64,000 nt of DNA from Elusimicrobia bacterium GWA2_61_42 (GCA_001799615.1 MGTU01000023.1:2020-66019), one strand, 5' to 3'; counted from the stretch's first letter, positions 9,136 through 18,895 are shown. Made by a program: numbers and translations. Notes: generated from the letters alone by a model not told the origin.

Positions 9136-9159
9136 ATGGCCCGATAATGTTTATATAAT
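9131..9159 (+). promoter_or_regulatory. Putative sigma70-type promoter of the RDD gene
   Basis: TTCAAA (9131-9136), 17 nt, TATAAT (9154-9159). GGAGAGG RBS about 9 nt before ATG 9198. The -35 overlaps the -35 of the divergent promoter. Confidence 0.45.
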
Positions 9160-9197
9160 TAGGGGGCGGCGAACATTTTCCCGGAGAGGCGGCGATT

Positions 9198-10082
9198 ATG
9201 GAAAACGAAAACTTTAATTTCACCCCCCAGGCGGACCCCTCCGGCGGCGCGGACCCTTTTCCGGCCGACTTCACCCCCGAAGGGCCGGCCCCGGCCGGCT
9301 TTAACGAGCGCTTCCTGGCCTACGTCATAGACGCCTTCCCCTTCGTGGCGGGCACCTACCTGTCCTTCAACGCCATGGTCAAAGGCGGCGTTATTTCCTA
9401 CACCTCCGCCAACGAGTGGAAATGGAAACTGCTCTGGATAGGCGCCTACCTGGCGTATGAAACTATCCTGTCCAGCGGCGGCCGGGCCACCGTGGGCAAG
9501 CTGATCATGAACATCCGGGTCAGGGCCAAGGACGGCGGGGACCTGTCCGTCGGCCGCGCTTTCTTCAGGTCGCTGTCCTATTTCCTGAGCTCGGCCACTT
9601 TGAACCTGGGGTATTTCATGGCGCTGGTCACTCCCGAAAAGCGCGCCCTGCACGACTACGTGGCGGGCAGCCGCGTGATAAGCCTGCGCGAGCGCGGGGA
9701 CCTGGCCAGCGGGCTGGTGCTGGCGCTCTCGTGGGGCCTGATGGCCATCTTTATCGGGTCGTGGCTGAACCAGACCGTGCTGAAGATCTCCCCCGCCGAG
9801 AAAACCCAGATCATCGCGGCCCACCGCACCATCTCCAAGCTGGCCAAGCTGGAGGAGATCTACATGAGGCGGGAAGGCCATTATACCAACGACCTGAAGA
9901 CCCTGGCCGACATGACCGGCAACGTCAACGCCGTGCGCGCGGAACTTTTCAAGACGCTCGAGCCCGGCACGCTGGCGATCGCCTCCAACGGCAGGAAGTA
10001 CGTGATCACGGCCAAGGCCAGGAACTGGCGCAAGACCGAGGTGGAAGTGGTTTCCCGGAAGGCGGCGCCGTCCGTGCCCTGA
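9198..10082 (+). CDS. RDD family membrane protein with extra C-terminal soluble domain
   Basis: 294-aa ORF. RDD-type features (RFLAYVIDAFPF, LHDYVAGSRVI), three TMs, then an about 100-aa soluble C-terminus. Confidence 0.75.
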   Translation: MENENFNFTPQADPSGGADPFPADFTPEGPAPAGFNERFLAYVIDAFPFVAGTYLSFNAMVKGGVISYTSANEWKWKLLWIGAYLAYETILSSGGRATVGKLIMNIRVRAKDGGDLSVGRAFFRSLSYFLSSATLNLGYFMALVTPEKRALHDYVAGSRVISLRERGDLASGLVLALSWGLMAIFIGSWLNQTVLKISPAEKTQIIAAHRTISKLAKLEEIYMRREGHYTNDLKTLADMTGNVNAVRAELFKTLEPGTLAIASNGRKYVITAKARNWRKTEVEVVSRKAAPSVP

Positions 10083-10102
10083 AGCGAATCGCGCCGTAAA
10101 TG

Positions 10103-10133
10103 AAAAAGCCCCGCGCTTAACGCGGGGCTTTTT
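10103..10133. terminator. Bidirectional intrinsic terminator
   Basis: AAAAA-GCCCCGCG-cttaa-CGCGGGGC-TTTTT between convergent genes (9198-10082 plus strand, 10155-10622 minus strand). Confidence 0.75.
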
Positions 10134-10154
10134 ATTGCGGTCAGCCGTCTGTTT

Positions 10155-10622
10155 TTACTGCTCTCCGCGGTTGCGCTCCGAGCCGCTCTGGCAGCCCATG
10201 CAGTAGCGCGCCGAGGGCAGCGCCTTTATGCGCTTCTTCTCTATAATGTTCTTGCAGTGCTCGCAAAGGCCGTAGGTGCCTTTCTCCATTTTGCGCAGCG
10301 CCGCCTCTATGTCGCGCAGCATCTTGCGCTCGTTGTCCGAAAGCTCGAACAGGATCTCCTTGTCGAGGCTCTGCGTGGCCTGGTCTATGGAATCCCCCAC
10401 TTCCGGCTCCAGGAGGTCCAGGTTCTTCTTGTCCTCGACGTTCTTGGAGATGTCGATTTTCATGGTGGCCAGGTTGGCGGCTATTTCCGCCAGCTCGGCT
10501 TTCGTGAGCGGCCCCGAGGCGGGCTGAACCTTTTTAGCCGGCGCGGCGGCGCGGGCCTTGGGCTTGCTTTTCACCGCGGCCTTGGCGGGGCTCTTCTTTA
10601 CTGCTTTTTTTGTTTTTTTCAT
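10155..10622 (-). CDS. DksA/TraR-family C4 zinc-finger protein with Lys/Ala-rich N-terminal tail
   Basis: 155-aa ORF. C-terminal CEHCKN..(17)..CMGCQ zinc finger preceded by a coiled-coil. First about 40 aa are KKTKKAVKKSPAKAAVKSKPKARAAAPAKK. Confidence 0.8.
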   Translation of the reverse strand: MKKTKKAVKKSPAKAAVKSKPKARAAAPAKKVQPASGPLTKAELAEIAANLATMKIDISKNVEDKKNLDLLEPEVGDSIDQATQSLDKEILFELSDNERKMLRDIEAALRKMEKGTYGLCEHCKNIIEKKRIKALPSARYCMGCQSGSERNRGEQ

Positions 10623-10646
10623 GTTCGGCTCCGTTATATTTCCGTG

Positions 10647-11618
10647 TCAGTGACGGGAAGTGCTGAAAAACATTGGGCGCGCCTCGGTGATTACGGCGCG
10701 CGAGGCCTTGATCCTGTCCCGGTAGTATTTGGGCAGAACGAAGGCCCCGGTTATCGTCAGCCCGTCGGAGTACGTCAGCGGGCGCTTGAGCCTGGCGCGG
10801 GCGGCCCGGTCGAGGGCGGCGGCGTTGAGGCGGGCGGGCGCCAGGGCGGGAGAATCCGTGCAGTAGAGGAAAGTCCAGGGCATGTCGAAAGACGGGATGA
10901 AAGCGGTATAGCTGCCGACGAATTTGAAAACCTTCCTGAGGGTATGGGCCACGGCCGGGTGCAGTTCGAACTGCAGCGGCGTGCCCGGCCCCGCCTGGAT
11001 GGTGAAGACGCCGCCCGGGGCGAGGATACGCTTCATGCGCCGGTAGAACTCCACGGTGTAAAGGCCGAACGCCGGCCCGCCTTCTATGGGGCTGGGCAGG
11101 TCGGAGTAGATCAGGTCGAACCGGGAGGCCGTGCGCTCCACGAACTTCTTCGCGTCCTGCGCCAGCAGGCGCAGGCGCGGGTCCTCGAAGGCCCCGCGGT
11201 GCCATTCGTGCAGGTGGCGCCGCGCGAAACGCAGGATGTTATAGTCGATATCGGCCATCACCACCTGTTCCATGCCGCGGTCGTTAAGGATGTTGCGGGC
11301 GGTAGAGCCTTCCCCCCCGCCCAGGATCAGGGCCCGGCGCGGGCGCGGGTGGGCCAGCAAAGCCGGGTACACCAGGGATTCGTGATAGAAAGCCTCGTCG
11401 TACTGGCTGGACTGGGTTTCCCCGTCTATCACCAGCACTTTGCCGAAGGTGTGGGTCTTTATCAGGGTGGCTTCCTGGAAGGCCGTGGCGGAGTTCTCCA
11501 GGACTTCCAGCGCGCGGTGCGCGTGCAGCTCGCCGGGCGTGAAGAACTCCACGAACCATTCGCCCTTGGGCAGGATGCTCCTGGAGTTCTTGATCCACTT
11601 GAAATCCGGTTTCTTCAT
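10647..11618 (-). CDS. speE: Polyamine aminopropyltransferase (spermidine synthase)
   Basis: 323-aa ORF. LVIDGETQSSQYDEAFYHE, ILGGGEGSTARN, VMADIDYN and IYSDLPSP motifs typical of spermidine synthase. 4-nt overlap with speH. Confidence 0.85.
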   Translation of the reverse strand: MKKPDFKWIKNSRSILPKGEWFVEFFTPGELHAHRALEVLENSATAFQEATLIKTHTFGKVLVIDGETQSSQYDEAFYHESLVYPALLAHPRPRRALILGGGEGSTARNILNDRGMEQVVMADIDYNILRFARRHLHEWHRGAFEDPRLRLLAQDAKKFVERTASRFDLIYSDLPSPIEGGPAFGLYTVEFYRRMKRILAPGGVFTIQAGPGTPLQFELHPAVAHTLRKVFKFVGSYTAFIPSFDMPWTFLYCTDSPALAPARLNAAALDRAARARLKRPLTYSDGLTITGAFVLPKYYRDRIKASRAVITEARPMFFSTSRH

Positions 11619-11968
11619 TTAGGCAGCAGGCCCCTTTCCACCTTCATAACGCTGAAATGGGTGGCTTTAAAGCTTTTCTTCACCGCCGTGAACGCCCGCC
11701 AGGGCCTGGTCTTGTCGCCGCAGGTGAACAGGTCCACCGAGGCGTAGCGGTGCTCCGGCCAGGTATGGATGGCGAAATGGGACTCCGCTATGACCACCAC
11801 GCCGGAAACGCCGTAGGGCTTGAAGTGGTGGAAGATCGAGTCGATGATGGTGGCGTCGGCCGCGGTGGCCGCTTTCAGCATGGCGTCCTGGACCTTGGAG
11901 ACCGACGAGAGGGCGGCGGCGCTGCAGCCGTAGAGTTCGAGGATGAGATGTTGTCCGAGAGCTTTCAT
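11615..11968 (-). CDS. speH: S-adenosylmethionine decarboxylase proenzyme (small SpeH type)
   Basis: Start set at ATG 11968 (MKALGQHLILELYGC..); the track ORF starts 12 codons upstream. Self-cleavage site context VVIAESHFAIHTWPE. Confidence 0.85.
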   Translation of the reverse strand: MKALGQHLILELYGCSAAALSSVSKVQDAMLKAATAADATIIDSIFHHFKPYGVSGVVVIAESHFAIHTWPEHRYASVDLFTCGDKTRPWRAFTAVKKSFKATHFSVMKVERGLLPK

Positions 11969-12021
11969 GTGAGTTTTTCCGGTCAAAAACGCGCTTCGCC
12001 GCAACGTTAAGGCGGCCTAAC

Positions 12022-12050
12022 AATTTATATTATTTGCCGGGGGGTGTCAA
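12022..12050 (-). promoter_or_regulatory. Putative promoter of speH-speE
   Basis: Minus strand has a consensus -35 TTGACA (12050-12045), followed 15-17 nt later by the AT-rich TATAAATT block (12029-12022). Confidence 0.4.
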
Positions 12051-12075
12051 ACCGGCCGCAGGACGGGGCGCGCCG

Positions 12076-13128
12076 CTATTTAAACGAGATGCCTTTCATT
12101 TTGGTGAAGATGGTGCGGTCCCTGCGCTGGAAGACGGGGCTGCGGAAAGGGAAGTCGAAAGTGAGCGAAATGCGGTGGGTGGAGCCCAGTTCGCCCATGG
12201 GTACGAAAGCGTAGTCCAGGGAGAAGAAGTGCAGCGTGGCGCCCACGCCCATGGACACGCCGCCGAGGCCGTCGCCCATCTGCTGGGTGTTGAAGCCGCC
12301 GCGCAGGCAAAGGCGGGTGAGCTCGTTGGGGGCGGTGGCCAGTTCCGCGCCGATCAGCACGTTGGGCTTGTTCTGCTTGGGAAAGACCACGTCGGCGGCG
12401 AAAAGCATGTTGCGGAAAGGGTTGATGGCCCCGCCCAGCTTGAGCGTGAGCGGCAGCGGGTTGGACTCGGTGTCGTATTTCATGCCGCCGCCCATATTGG
12501 TGGCGGTGACGGCCAGCCGGTAGGGGATGTCCGAAAAATTATAGGTCATCACGCCGATGTCCCCGGCGTAGCTCTGCGCCGAGCCCACGATCTGCGACTT
12601 GATGTACTTGACGGAAACGCCCATGGAGACGTCGATGTCCTTGTCCGAGAACTCCAGGATGGCTTTGCTGTAGGACAGGGTGACTACCTGGTCGCGCGGC
12701 GTGAAGCTGCCCAGCGTGTTGCCGGAGATGTCGGTGCGCTTGATGGAGCCGATGTCCGTCATCAGGACCGAGGCGGCCAGCACCGAGTCGTAGGAGAGGC
12801 GGTGGGCGTAGGCGGCGTACTGGTAGCTGATCTCTTCCAGGTACTGCGCCCGCATGAAGACGGCCGAAAGCTTGGGGATCTGCACCAACCCGGCGGGGTT
12901 CCAGTAGATGGCGGAGGCGTCGTCGCTGATTGCGCTGAAGGCCCCGCCCATGGCGGCGGCCCTGGCGCCGACCGGCAAATTCAGGAAGTCGGCCGTGGTG
13001 GTGCCTACGGCGTCCGCGGAAAAATAGCGGGGATCCTCGGCGGCGCCGGCGCCCAGGGGCAAGCCGGCCCACAGGCAGGCCGCGGCGGCTGCCGTTAAAA
13101 ATTTGATCCTGGGGGTCGACCTTTTCAT
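12076..13128 (-). CDS. PorV/PorQ-like outer-membrane beta-barrel protein
   Basis: 350-aa ORF. Signal peptide, then the family-typical N-terminal block PVGARAAAMGGAFSAISDDASAIYWNPAGL. Alternating beta-strand pattern and terminal aromatic residues (ISFK). Start lies 1 nt after the stop of the giant CTD-bearing protein. Confidence 0.7.
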   Translation of the reverse strand: MKRSTPRIKFLTAAAAACLWAGLPLGAGAAEDPRYFSADAVGTTTADFLNLPVGARAAAMGGAFSAISDDASAIYWNPAGLVQIPKLSAVFMRAQYLEEISYQYAAYAHRLSYDSVLAASVLMTDIGSIKRTDISGNTLGSFTPRDQVVTLSYSKAILEFSDKDIDVSMGVSVKYIKSQIVGSAQSYAGDIGVMTYNFSDIPYRLAVTATNMGGGMKYDTESNPLPLTLKLGGAINPFRNMLFAADVVFPKQNKPNVLIGAELATAPNELTRLCLRGGFNTQQMGDGLGGVSMGVGATLHFFSLDYAFVPMGELGSTHRISLTFDFPFRSPVFQRRDRTIFTKMKGISFK

Positions 13129-13129
13129 A

Positions 13130-16100
13130 TTATCTTTCCACCGCCAGCTTCAGCACTTTCTTGCCCGCGCTGGAATCGATGACGGCCAGGTAGACGCCGC
13201 TGGCCACCAGGTGGCCGGCCTTGTTGACGCCGCGCCAGATTATGATGCCGGTGGTGGCGGCCGTGCCCTCCCAGACTTTATCGCCGGAGAGGGTGTAGAT
13301 GCGCAGCTTGGCGCTGGCCGGCAGGTTGGCGATGGTGACAAAACCGTTGCCGCGGTTGGTGTAGAAAGGATTGGGATAGACCAGCACGTCGCTGAGGGTG
13401 GTGGAGACGGGCCTGAGCATGAGCTGGAACACGCTGAAGTGGTTGAGCGTGGCGGTGATCGTGCGGGGGCTGGAATTCTCGTTGATGACGGTTTCCAGCG
13501 GCAGGCACTGCCCCGACACCGGGTTGTAGCGGGCGATGACCAGCCTGGCCTTGTTGGCGCTTATGATCGCCGATTCGTCGGAATCGTAGGAGAGGGTCAG
13601 CGTGACCGGCTCCTGGGGCTGCAGGCTGTTCTCGCTGAAGATCGCCACCTCTACCGGCCTTAACGGGGAGCCTACCTGGTAGCTGCAGGCGTTGGAGATG
13701 GAGGAAGAGATCGCTATGGACGTGGCGGTGGCGAAAGACCCCGCGGGGACGGCCAGCGTCACCTGGCGGTTATTGGGCAGCGTGCCCGAGATGGTCACCA
13801 GTTTGGACGGGTCGCTGGTGCCGCCTATGGAGCCGGCCGGCGCGCCTATGGGCCCCGGGGTGGTGAAAGCCGCGGGCACCGCCTGCACGCGCGCCGACAG
13901 CACGCCCTCGCCGTTCATGGCCGTCACGTCGAAGTAATACGTGGTGGAGGTCAGCAGGCCGTTCATGGTGTGGCTGGAGCTGGTATAGAGCAGCGCGAAA
14001 GGGATGGGCGTGGACAGCTCCACGCCGAAGAAGCTGCCGGTGGTCTTGCGCAGCTCGTAGGCGGTCTCGCCCGAGTTCTCGTTCTGGGACCAGGTGACGG
14101 TGACGCCCGAGATGCTTATGGTGGCCGGCTTGACGTCGGTCGGCACGCGCGCCCAGGTGTATTTGGAGCCCAGCGGGACGGAGTCGGTGGTGATCCCGTC
14201 GCCGTTGGTGGCGGAGACTTTTACGAAATAGCGCTGGCTGGCCTTCAGGCCGGGGAAATTCTTGCTGTAGCCGACGGTGGGCAGGTTCTTGGTGCCCGTG
14301 CTGCTGTAGACGTCGCTGCTGGAGATCTCTACCGCGTAAACGGTCCAGGTGGAATTGCCGTTGGAGACCCAGTTGGCGGTGAAGCTGCCGGTGCTGATCT
14401 CGGTGAAAGGGTTCACCGGGTCCGCGGACGGGGGTACCGCCAGCGTAAAGACCGCGCTGGAGTAGGAGGTGGGGCCGTATACTTCCACGGGATTGATCTT
14501 GACGGCGCGTACCGCCACCTTATAGGGGTAGTTGGTCAGCAGGCCGCTCTGGGTGTAGTTGGTGTAGGTGGTGGAGCCCAGGTACACCGGGGTCACGGTG
14601 CCGCCCATGATGTCGTAGACCTGGTAGAAAATATCCAGCCCGGTGGCGGCCACCCAGCCCCAGCTGATGCTGCTGCTGCTGAGGGCGGTGCCGGTAAGGG
14701 TGCCGATGGACGAGACGGTCAGGGTGGAGACCACGTTGGAGAATTGCGTGCTGATGCCGGCCCCGTTCTTGGCGGTAACGCGGAAATAATACATCACGTC
14801 CGCGGAAAGCCGGTCCACTTCTACGGTAGTGGTGGTCAGGCTGAGATAGTACGGTACCGGCGTGGAGATGAGGATGGGGTCGGTAAAGTTGCTGCCGGCG
14901 CACATGGACACCTCGAACATGGTGCCGGGCGAATTGATGCTGCCCCAGGTCAGCTTGGCCGTGGTAAAGCTGGCTTCGGTTACGGTAAGCGCGGAGGGCG
15001 TGGAGGCCAGGGTGTAATAGGTGGTGGACTCCGCCAGCGGGCCGCTGCCGCCGACGTTGTAGACGTTGACTTTTATGGCGGCGGCGGTATTAGGCTGCAG
15101 GCCGGCCTGCGTGAACGCGGTATTCCCTATTACGAAGGCCGCGGTGGTTATGAAAACGTTGTTGCTGGAAGAGTAAAGCGAATAGCCGTCCGCGCTGCCG
15201 GTAACGGTGCCGTTGGTCCAGTTCCAGCTTATGGAACTGATGCCCAGTACCGATCCGGTGGGAATGCCGGGCGTTTTGTCGGGCCTGGGCAGGGAGACCT
15301 GGATGGGCAGGCCGGCCGAGAACTGGCCGTTGGCCGCGATGCGCGCGTGGTACCAGCCGTAGGGCATTTCCCCCGCCCCCGGCGGGGAGATGAAAGTGAT
15401 GGAGGAGACGGTCTTGGCCCAGTCGGTGTTGGGGCTGCCGTAGGTGGTGTAAAGCCGGGTGGTCATGTCCGTCAGGAAGCCGCTGGGGTTGTCGATCTGC
15501 TGCAGGTAGATGCGCGGGTTGTGGAAAGAGGAATTCATCGAGCCGGCGCCGCCGCCTGAAGCTTCGGTGATGCCGTGGAAGCTGGAGGTGTCGCTGAGCA
15601 GCGTGACCCGCTCGCCGCGGTCGAAGATGGCGGGACCGGTGGAAATTACGGGGAGGCGCGGGGTTTGCGTGGGGTAGCCCTCGCCGTCCGGGGAATAGCT
15701 GTAATAGATCATCTCCGTGGTGTCGAGGTACTCGGAGCCGTTCCAGCCGCCGATGGCCAGCAGCACGCAGCTGGAGGTGAGCACGGTGGTATGGCCGACG
15801 CGGTTGGTGGTTTCCCCCTGGGCCTGCCAGGTGGAGAAGTCCACGTCGTAGCCTTCCACCAGCGAATAGGCCAGCCCGGGGGCTTCGCCGCCGGTGACCA
15901 GCAGTTTGCCGTTGGGCAGCAGGGTGGAGCGGTGGTTGCTGCGCTTGGCCAGCATCTTGTTGCTGCCCGGCACGGTGTTGGTAAGGTACCACTGCGTGCC
16001 GGTATAAATTTCCGCGGTGTCCATGGGGCCGTCGCCGTCGGTGCCGCCGGAGACCATGACGCGGCCGTCCATCAGCAGGTTGGCCGTGTGGCGGTAGCGC

Positions 16101-18829
16101 TTTACTACCAGGTCGTTCCCGGTGTTGGTCCAGGTCCTCGAAGCGAAATTGTACAGTTCCGTGGTCCTGACGGCGCCGGTGCCGCTGGTCCCGCCGGTTA
16201 TCAGCACGTTGCCGTTCTTAAGCAGCGTGGCGGTATGTTCCGCCCTGCCGCCGGTGGCCAGGTTGCCCACGGTGTTCCAGTAGGTGCTGCTGCTGATGAA
16301 AAGCTCCGAAGTATTGGAATAGCCGTTTATGGTGTCGCCGCCGGCCATCAGCACGTTGCCGTCCGGCAGCAGCGTGGCGGTATGGTTGGAACGGGCGAAA
16401 ACCATGGAGCTGACCATTATCCACTTGTCGGTGTCCGGGTAATAGATCTCGGCGTATTTTACGGAGTGGGTCGAGGAATTTATTTCGCCGCCGGCCGCCA
16501 GCACGCGGCCGTTGGGCAGCAGCGTGGCGGTATGCCTGGCGCGCGGGTAATTCATGGCGCCGGCCGGCTTCCAGGTCCTGGAGCCCATGTCGAACAGCTC
16601 GCAGGAGGCCAGCGTGGCGTTGCCGTCCGAGCCGCCGCAGGTCAGCGTTTTATTGTTGGGCAGGATGGTGCTGGTGTGGAAAGCGCGCTTGCCGGCCAGT
16701 TTGCCGGTTTCGGGCCACTTGGAATAGTTCTGGGAGATAAAGATGCCGGCGCCGGCTTCGGCGGTGAAAACCGACGCTCCGTTGCGGGCGCAGTCGTTGT
16801 CGGGGTCGGCTTCGCAGTTCCTGCCGCCCAGGATGACCGCGTCGGCGGCCGGGGTCAGCAGCGTGGACTGGTTGAAGACGGGATACAGCACCGGGCCGAA
16901 GCCCCATTTTACTTTCTCGGGGCTGTACTGCACGTTGTCGGCGAAGATCATTTCCCTGACCATGAAAGTGGAGGTGTCCACGGAATAGCCTACTTCCGAG
17001 AGGTCTATCAGGGTGGAAGTGTAGCTGGCCGACAGGGAGAGCCCGCTGACCATGCTGCCGCCTACGACGATGGCGGTGCCGCCGGCGCCCAGGGAGGTAG
17101 TGGTGGAATTGATAATGGTGCCGGCCAGGCTGCCGAAGGTCACGGAGTCGGTGACCGTGCCTTTGCCGGTAAGGGGATCGATGGAGGCGACGCCGCTGAA
17201 ATTCCCCGACCCGCCTGTCAGGGTGGCGTTCCAGAAGCCCAGGGAGTTTTCCACCGAGGCGTTGGTTATGGTAAGGACGCCGGCTATGGTGCCGCCGTTA
17301 TAGAGCGCCGGGACCTCGATGGTGACCTGGAGCGTGATATTGGAGGAGGCCGGCACCAGGGCCGCGGCTACGCTCTGGGGAAGTATCGGGTTAGGGTTGG
17401 GCGTTAAGGTGCCGCCCGTGGCCAGCTCGCTGTCGGAAGTAACGGCGGTAGGCTTGAAGACGGCGAGGCCGGTGGGATTGAGAAGGCTGAGGATGTCCTT
17501 GAAGCCGCCGGGGCCCACGCCGGTGGTGATCTTGCCCACCGGGGAACCGTCCACGGTGGCCGTGCTGTGGCCCAGGTAAATGCTGGCGTTGGCCACCGTG
17601 ATGGACGGCGAAGCGGAGTCCGGGGGGCCCGACAGGAAAAGGTCCGCGTCCACCAGGCGGCCGGATACGGGCCTGACCAGTTCGGTTTTCAGCAGGAAAG
17701 CTATTATGCTGGTGGGATCCACCGTGGCCGTGGTGATGGTGACGGCGGTGGCGTCCAGGCGGGAACCGCTCTCGAGTTCCAGGGTGGGCAGGAAAAAGGT
17801 GGGCGGGATATTGCCGTAGCCGCCGTACATGTGATGTTTGCCGTCCGGGGTGAGCACCGCGGAATGCCGGGAGACCCGGTACGGCATTACCTGGAATTCT
17901 TCGCCGGTAACGTACATCTTGGCGCCGCTGGGGGAAAAGATCTCGGCGCTGTCCAGGTAGCCTTTGTTGCCCGGGCGCTGGTTGGATACCATGCCGTGGT
18001 AGGTCTTGTACCAGTATTCCTCGGGCGAGTCTATCTTGTTGGTGCGGTTATAGCCGCCGGCGATCATGATGGTGCCGTTATTGAGCACCACGGCGGAATG
18101 GTCCGTGCGGCCCTGCGTAAGGTTGGAAGTCGTCTGCCATTCGCCGTTCTCGGGGTCGTAAATTTCGGTGGTGGGCAGGTAGGTGAAGGTAGCGGCGGCT
18201 ACGTCCCACCGGGTGCCGCCGGCTACGAAGACGCGGCCTTCGGAGATGGCGCTGGCCGAGTGGCCCAGGCGCTCGCTGCTCATGGGCTGCACCGCATCGA
18301 AAGTGCCCAGGGCGGGGGTAGCGGTGTTGGGGGTAAAAACCTCGCAGGTATTGGTTATGGTGGTGGGGCCCGTGCCGGTCTGGCCGCCGCAGATCAGGAC
18401 TTTGCCTGAATTGGAGCCTTTATTGATGAGGGTGGCGGTATGTCCCCCCCTCGCCGAGACCATGGGGTCCGTGACGGGGGTCCAGGCTTTTGTAAGCGGG
18501 TTATAGACCGCGCCGCTGTTCAGGGGCACGCCCGCGGCAAAGCCGCCTGTCACCAGCAGCATGCCGTTGCCCATCAGGGTGGCGGTATGGGAGGACCTGG
18601 CTATGGCCATGTCCGGGATCTTGCCGAAAGCGGCGGCCGAAGTGAAATAAATCTCCCCGGTAACTGTGGGCGCGTTGCCGGCGCCGGTAGCGCCGCCCAG
18701 CACTATGAAATTACCGTCGGGCAGCAGGGTGGTGGTGTGGCCGTGGCGGCCGAATTCAAGCGCGCCGGCCTCCGGCGTGAAGAACGCCAGGGCCAATAAG
18801 CATAAAGGAAGAGCCTTTCTAAAATTCAT
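13130..18829 (-). CDS. Giant secreted surface protein: two Kelch beta-propellers, FN3 repeats and a sorting-type C-terminal domain
   Basis: 1899-aa ORF. Signal peptide. About 13 Kelch blades (HTATLLPNGRVLAAGG-type repeats at about aa 25-345 and 655-1040). Repeated FN3-like modules at about aa 1185-1700 (W..... Y.V......). C-terminal about 85 aa (VYPNPF..LRIYTLSGDKVW..GVYLAVI..KLAV) resemble a T9SS/FlgD-Ig-type CTD. Confidence 0.8.
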   Translation of the reverse strand: MNFRKALPLCLLALAFFTPEAGALEFGRHGHTTTLLPDGNFIVLGGATGAGNAPTVTGEIYFTSAAAFGKIPDMAIARSSHTATLMGNGMLLVTGGFAAGVPLNSGAVYNPLTKAWTPVTDPMVSARGGHTATLINKGSNSGKVLICGGQTGTGPTTITNTCEVFTPNTATPALGTFDAVQPMSSERLGHSASAISEGRVFVAGGTRWDVAAATFTYLPTTEIYDPENGEWQTTSNLTQGRTDHSAVVLNNGTIMIAGGYNRTNKIDSPEEYWYKTYHGMVSNQRPGNKGYLDSAEIFSPSGAKMYVTGEEFQVMPYRVSRHSAVLTPDGKHHMYGGYGNIPPTFFLPTLELESGSRLDATAVTITTATVDPTSIIAFLLKTELVRPVSGRLVDADLFLSGPPDSASPSITVANASIYLGHSTATVDGSPVGKITTGVGPGGFKDILSLLNPTGLAVFKPTAVTSDSELATGGTLTPNPNPILPQSVAAALVPASSNITLQVTIEVPALYNGGTIAGVLTITNASVENSLGFWNATLTGGSGNFSGVASIDPLTGKGTVTDSVTFGSLAGTIINSTTTSLGAGGTAIVVGGSMVSGLSLSASYTSTLIDLSEVGYSVDTSTFMVREMIFADNVQYSPEKVKWGFGPVLYPVFNQSTLLTPAADAVILGGRNCEADPDNDCARNGASVFTAEAGAGIFISQNYSKWPETGKLAGKRAFHTSTILPNNKTLTCGGSDGNATLASCELFDMGSRTWKPAGAMNYPRARHTATLLPNGRVLAAGGEINSSTHSVKYAEIYYPDTDKWIMVSSMVFARSNHTATLLPDGNVLMAGGDTINGYSNTSELFISSSTYWNTVGNLATGGRAEHTATLLKNGNVLITGGTSGTGAVRTTELYNFASRTWTNTGNDLVVKRYRHTANLLMDGRVMVSGGTDGDGPMDTAEIYTGTQWYLTNTVPGSNKMLAKRSNHRSTLLPNGKLLVTGGEAPGLAYSLVEGYDVDFSTWQAQGETTNRVGHTTVLTSSCVLLAIGGWNGSEYLDTTEMIYYSYSPDGEGYPTQTPRLPVISTGPAIFDRGERVTLLSDTSSFHGITEASGGGAGSMNSSFHNPRIYLQQIDNPSGFLTDMTTRLYTTYGSPNTDWAKTVSSITFISPPGAGEMPYGWYHARIAANGQFSAGLPIQVSLPRPDKTPGIPTGSVLGISSISWNWTNGTVTGSADGYSLYSSSNNVFITTAAFVIGNTAFTQAGLQPNTAAAIKVNVYNVGGSGPLAESTTYYTLASTPSALTVTEASFTTAKLTWGSINSPGTMFEVSMCAGSNFTDPILISTPVPYYLSLTTTTVEVDRLSADVMYYFRVTAKNGAGISTQFSNVVSTLTVSSIGTLTGTALSSSSISWGWVAATGLDIFYQVYDIMGGTVTPVYLGSTTYTNYTQSGLLTNYPYKVAVRAVKINPVEVYGPTSYSSAVFTLAVPPSADPVNPFTEISTGSFTANWVSNGNSTWTVYAVEISSSDVYSSTGTKNLPTVGYSKNFPGLKASQRYFVKVSATNGDGITTDSVPLGSKYTWARVPTDVKPATISISGVTVTWSQNENSGETAYELRKTTGSFFGVELSTPIPFALLYTSSSHTMNGLLTSTTYYFDVTAMNGEGVLSARVQAVPAAFTTPGPIGAPAGSIGGTSDPSKLVTISGTLPNNRQVTLAVPAGSFATATSIAISSSISNACSYQVGSPLRPVEVAIFSENSLQPQEPVTLTLSYDSDESAIISANKARLVIARYNPVSGQCLPLETVINENSSPRTITATLNHFSVFQLMLRPVSTTLSDVLVYPNPFYTNRGNGFVTIANLPASAKLRIYTLSGDKVWEGTAATTGIIIWRGVNKAGHLVASGVYLAVIDSSAGKKVLKLAVER

Positions 18830-18895
18830 ATAGCGCCTGAAATAGTGTACAAAACGCCTGTTACAGCTTTGTTACGGTTTAGTAAAGAACGGCCT

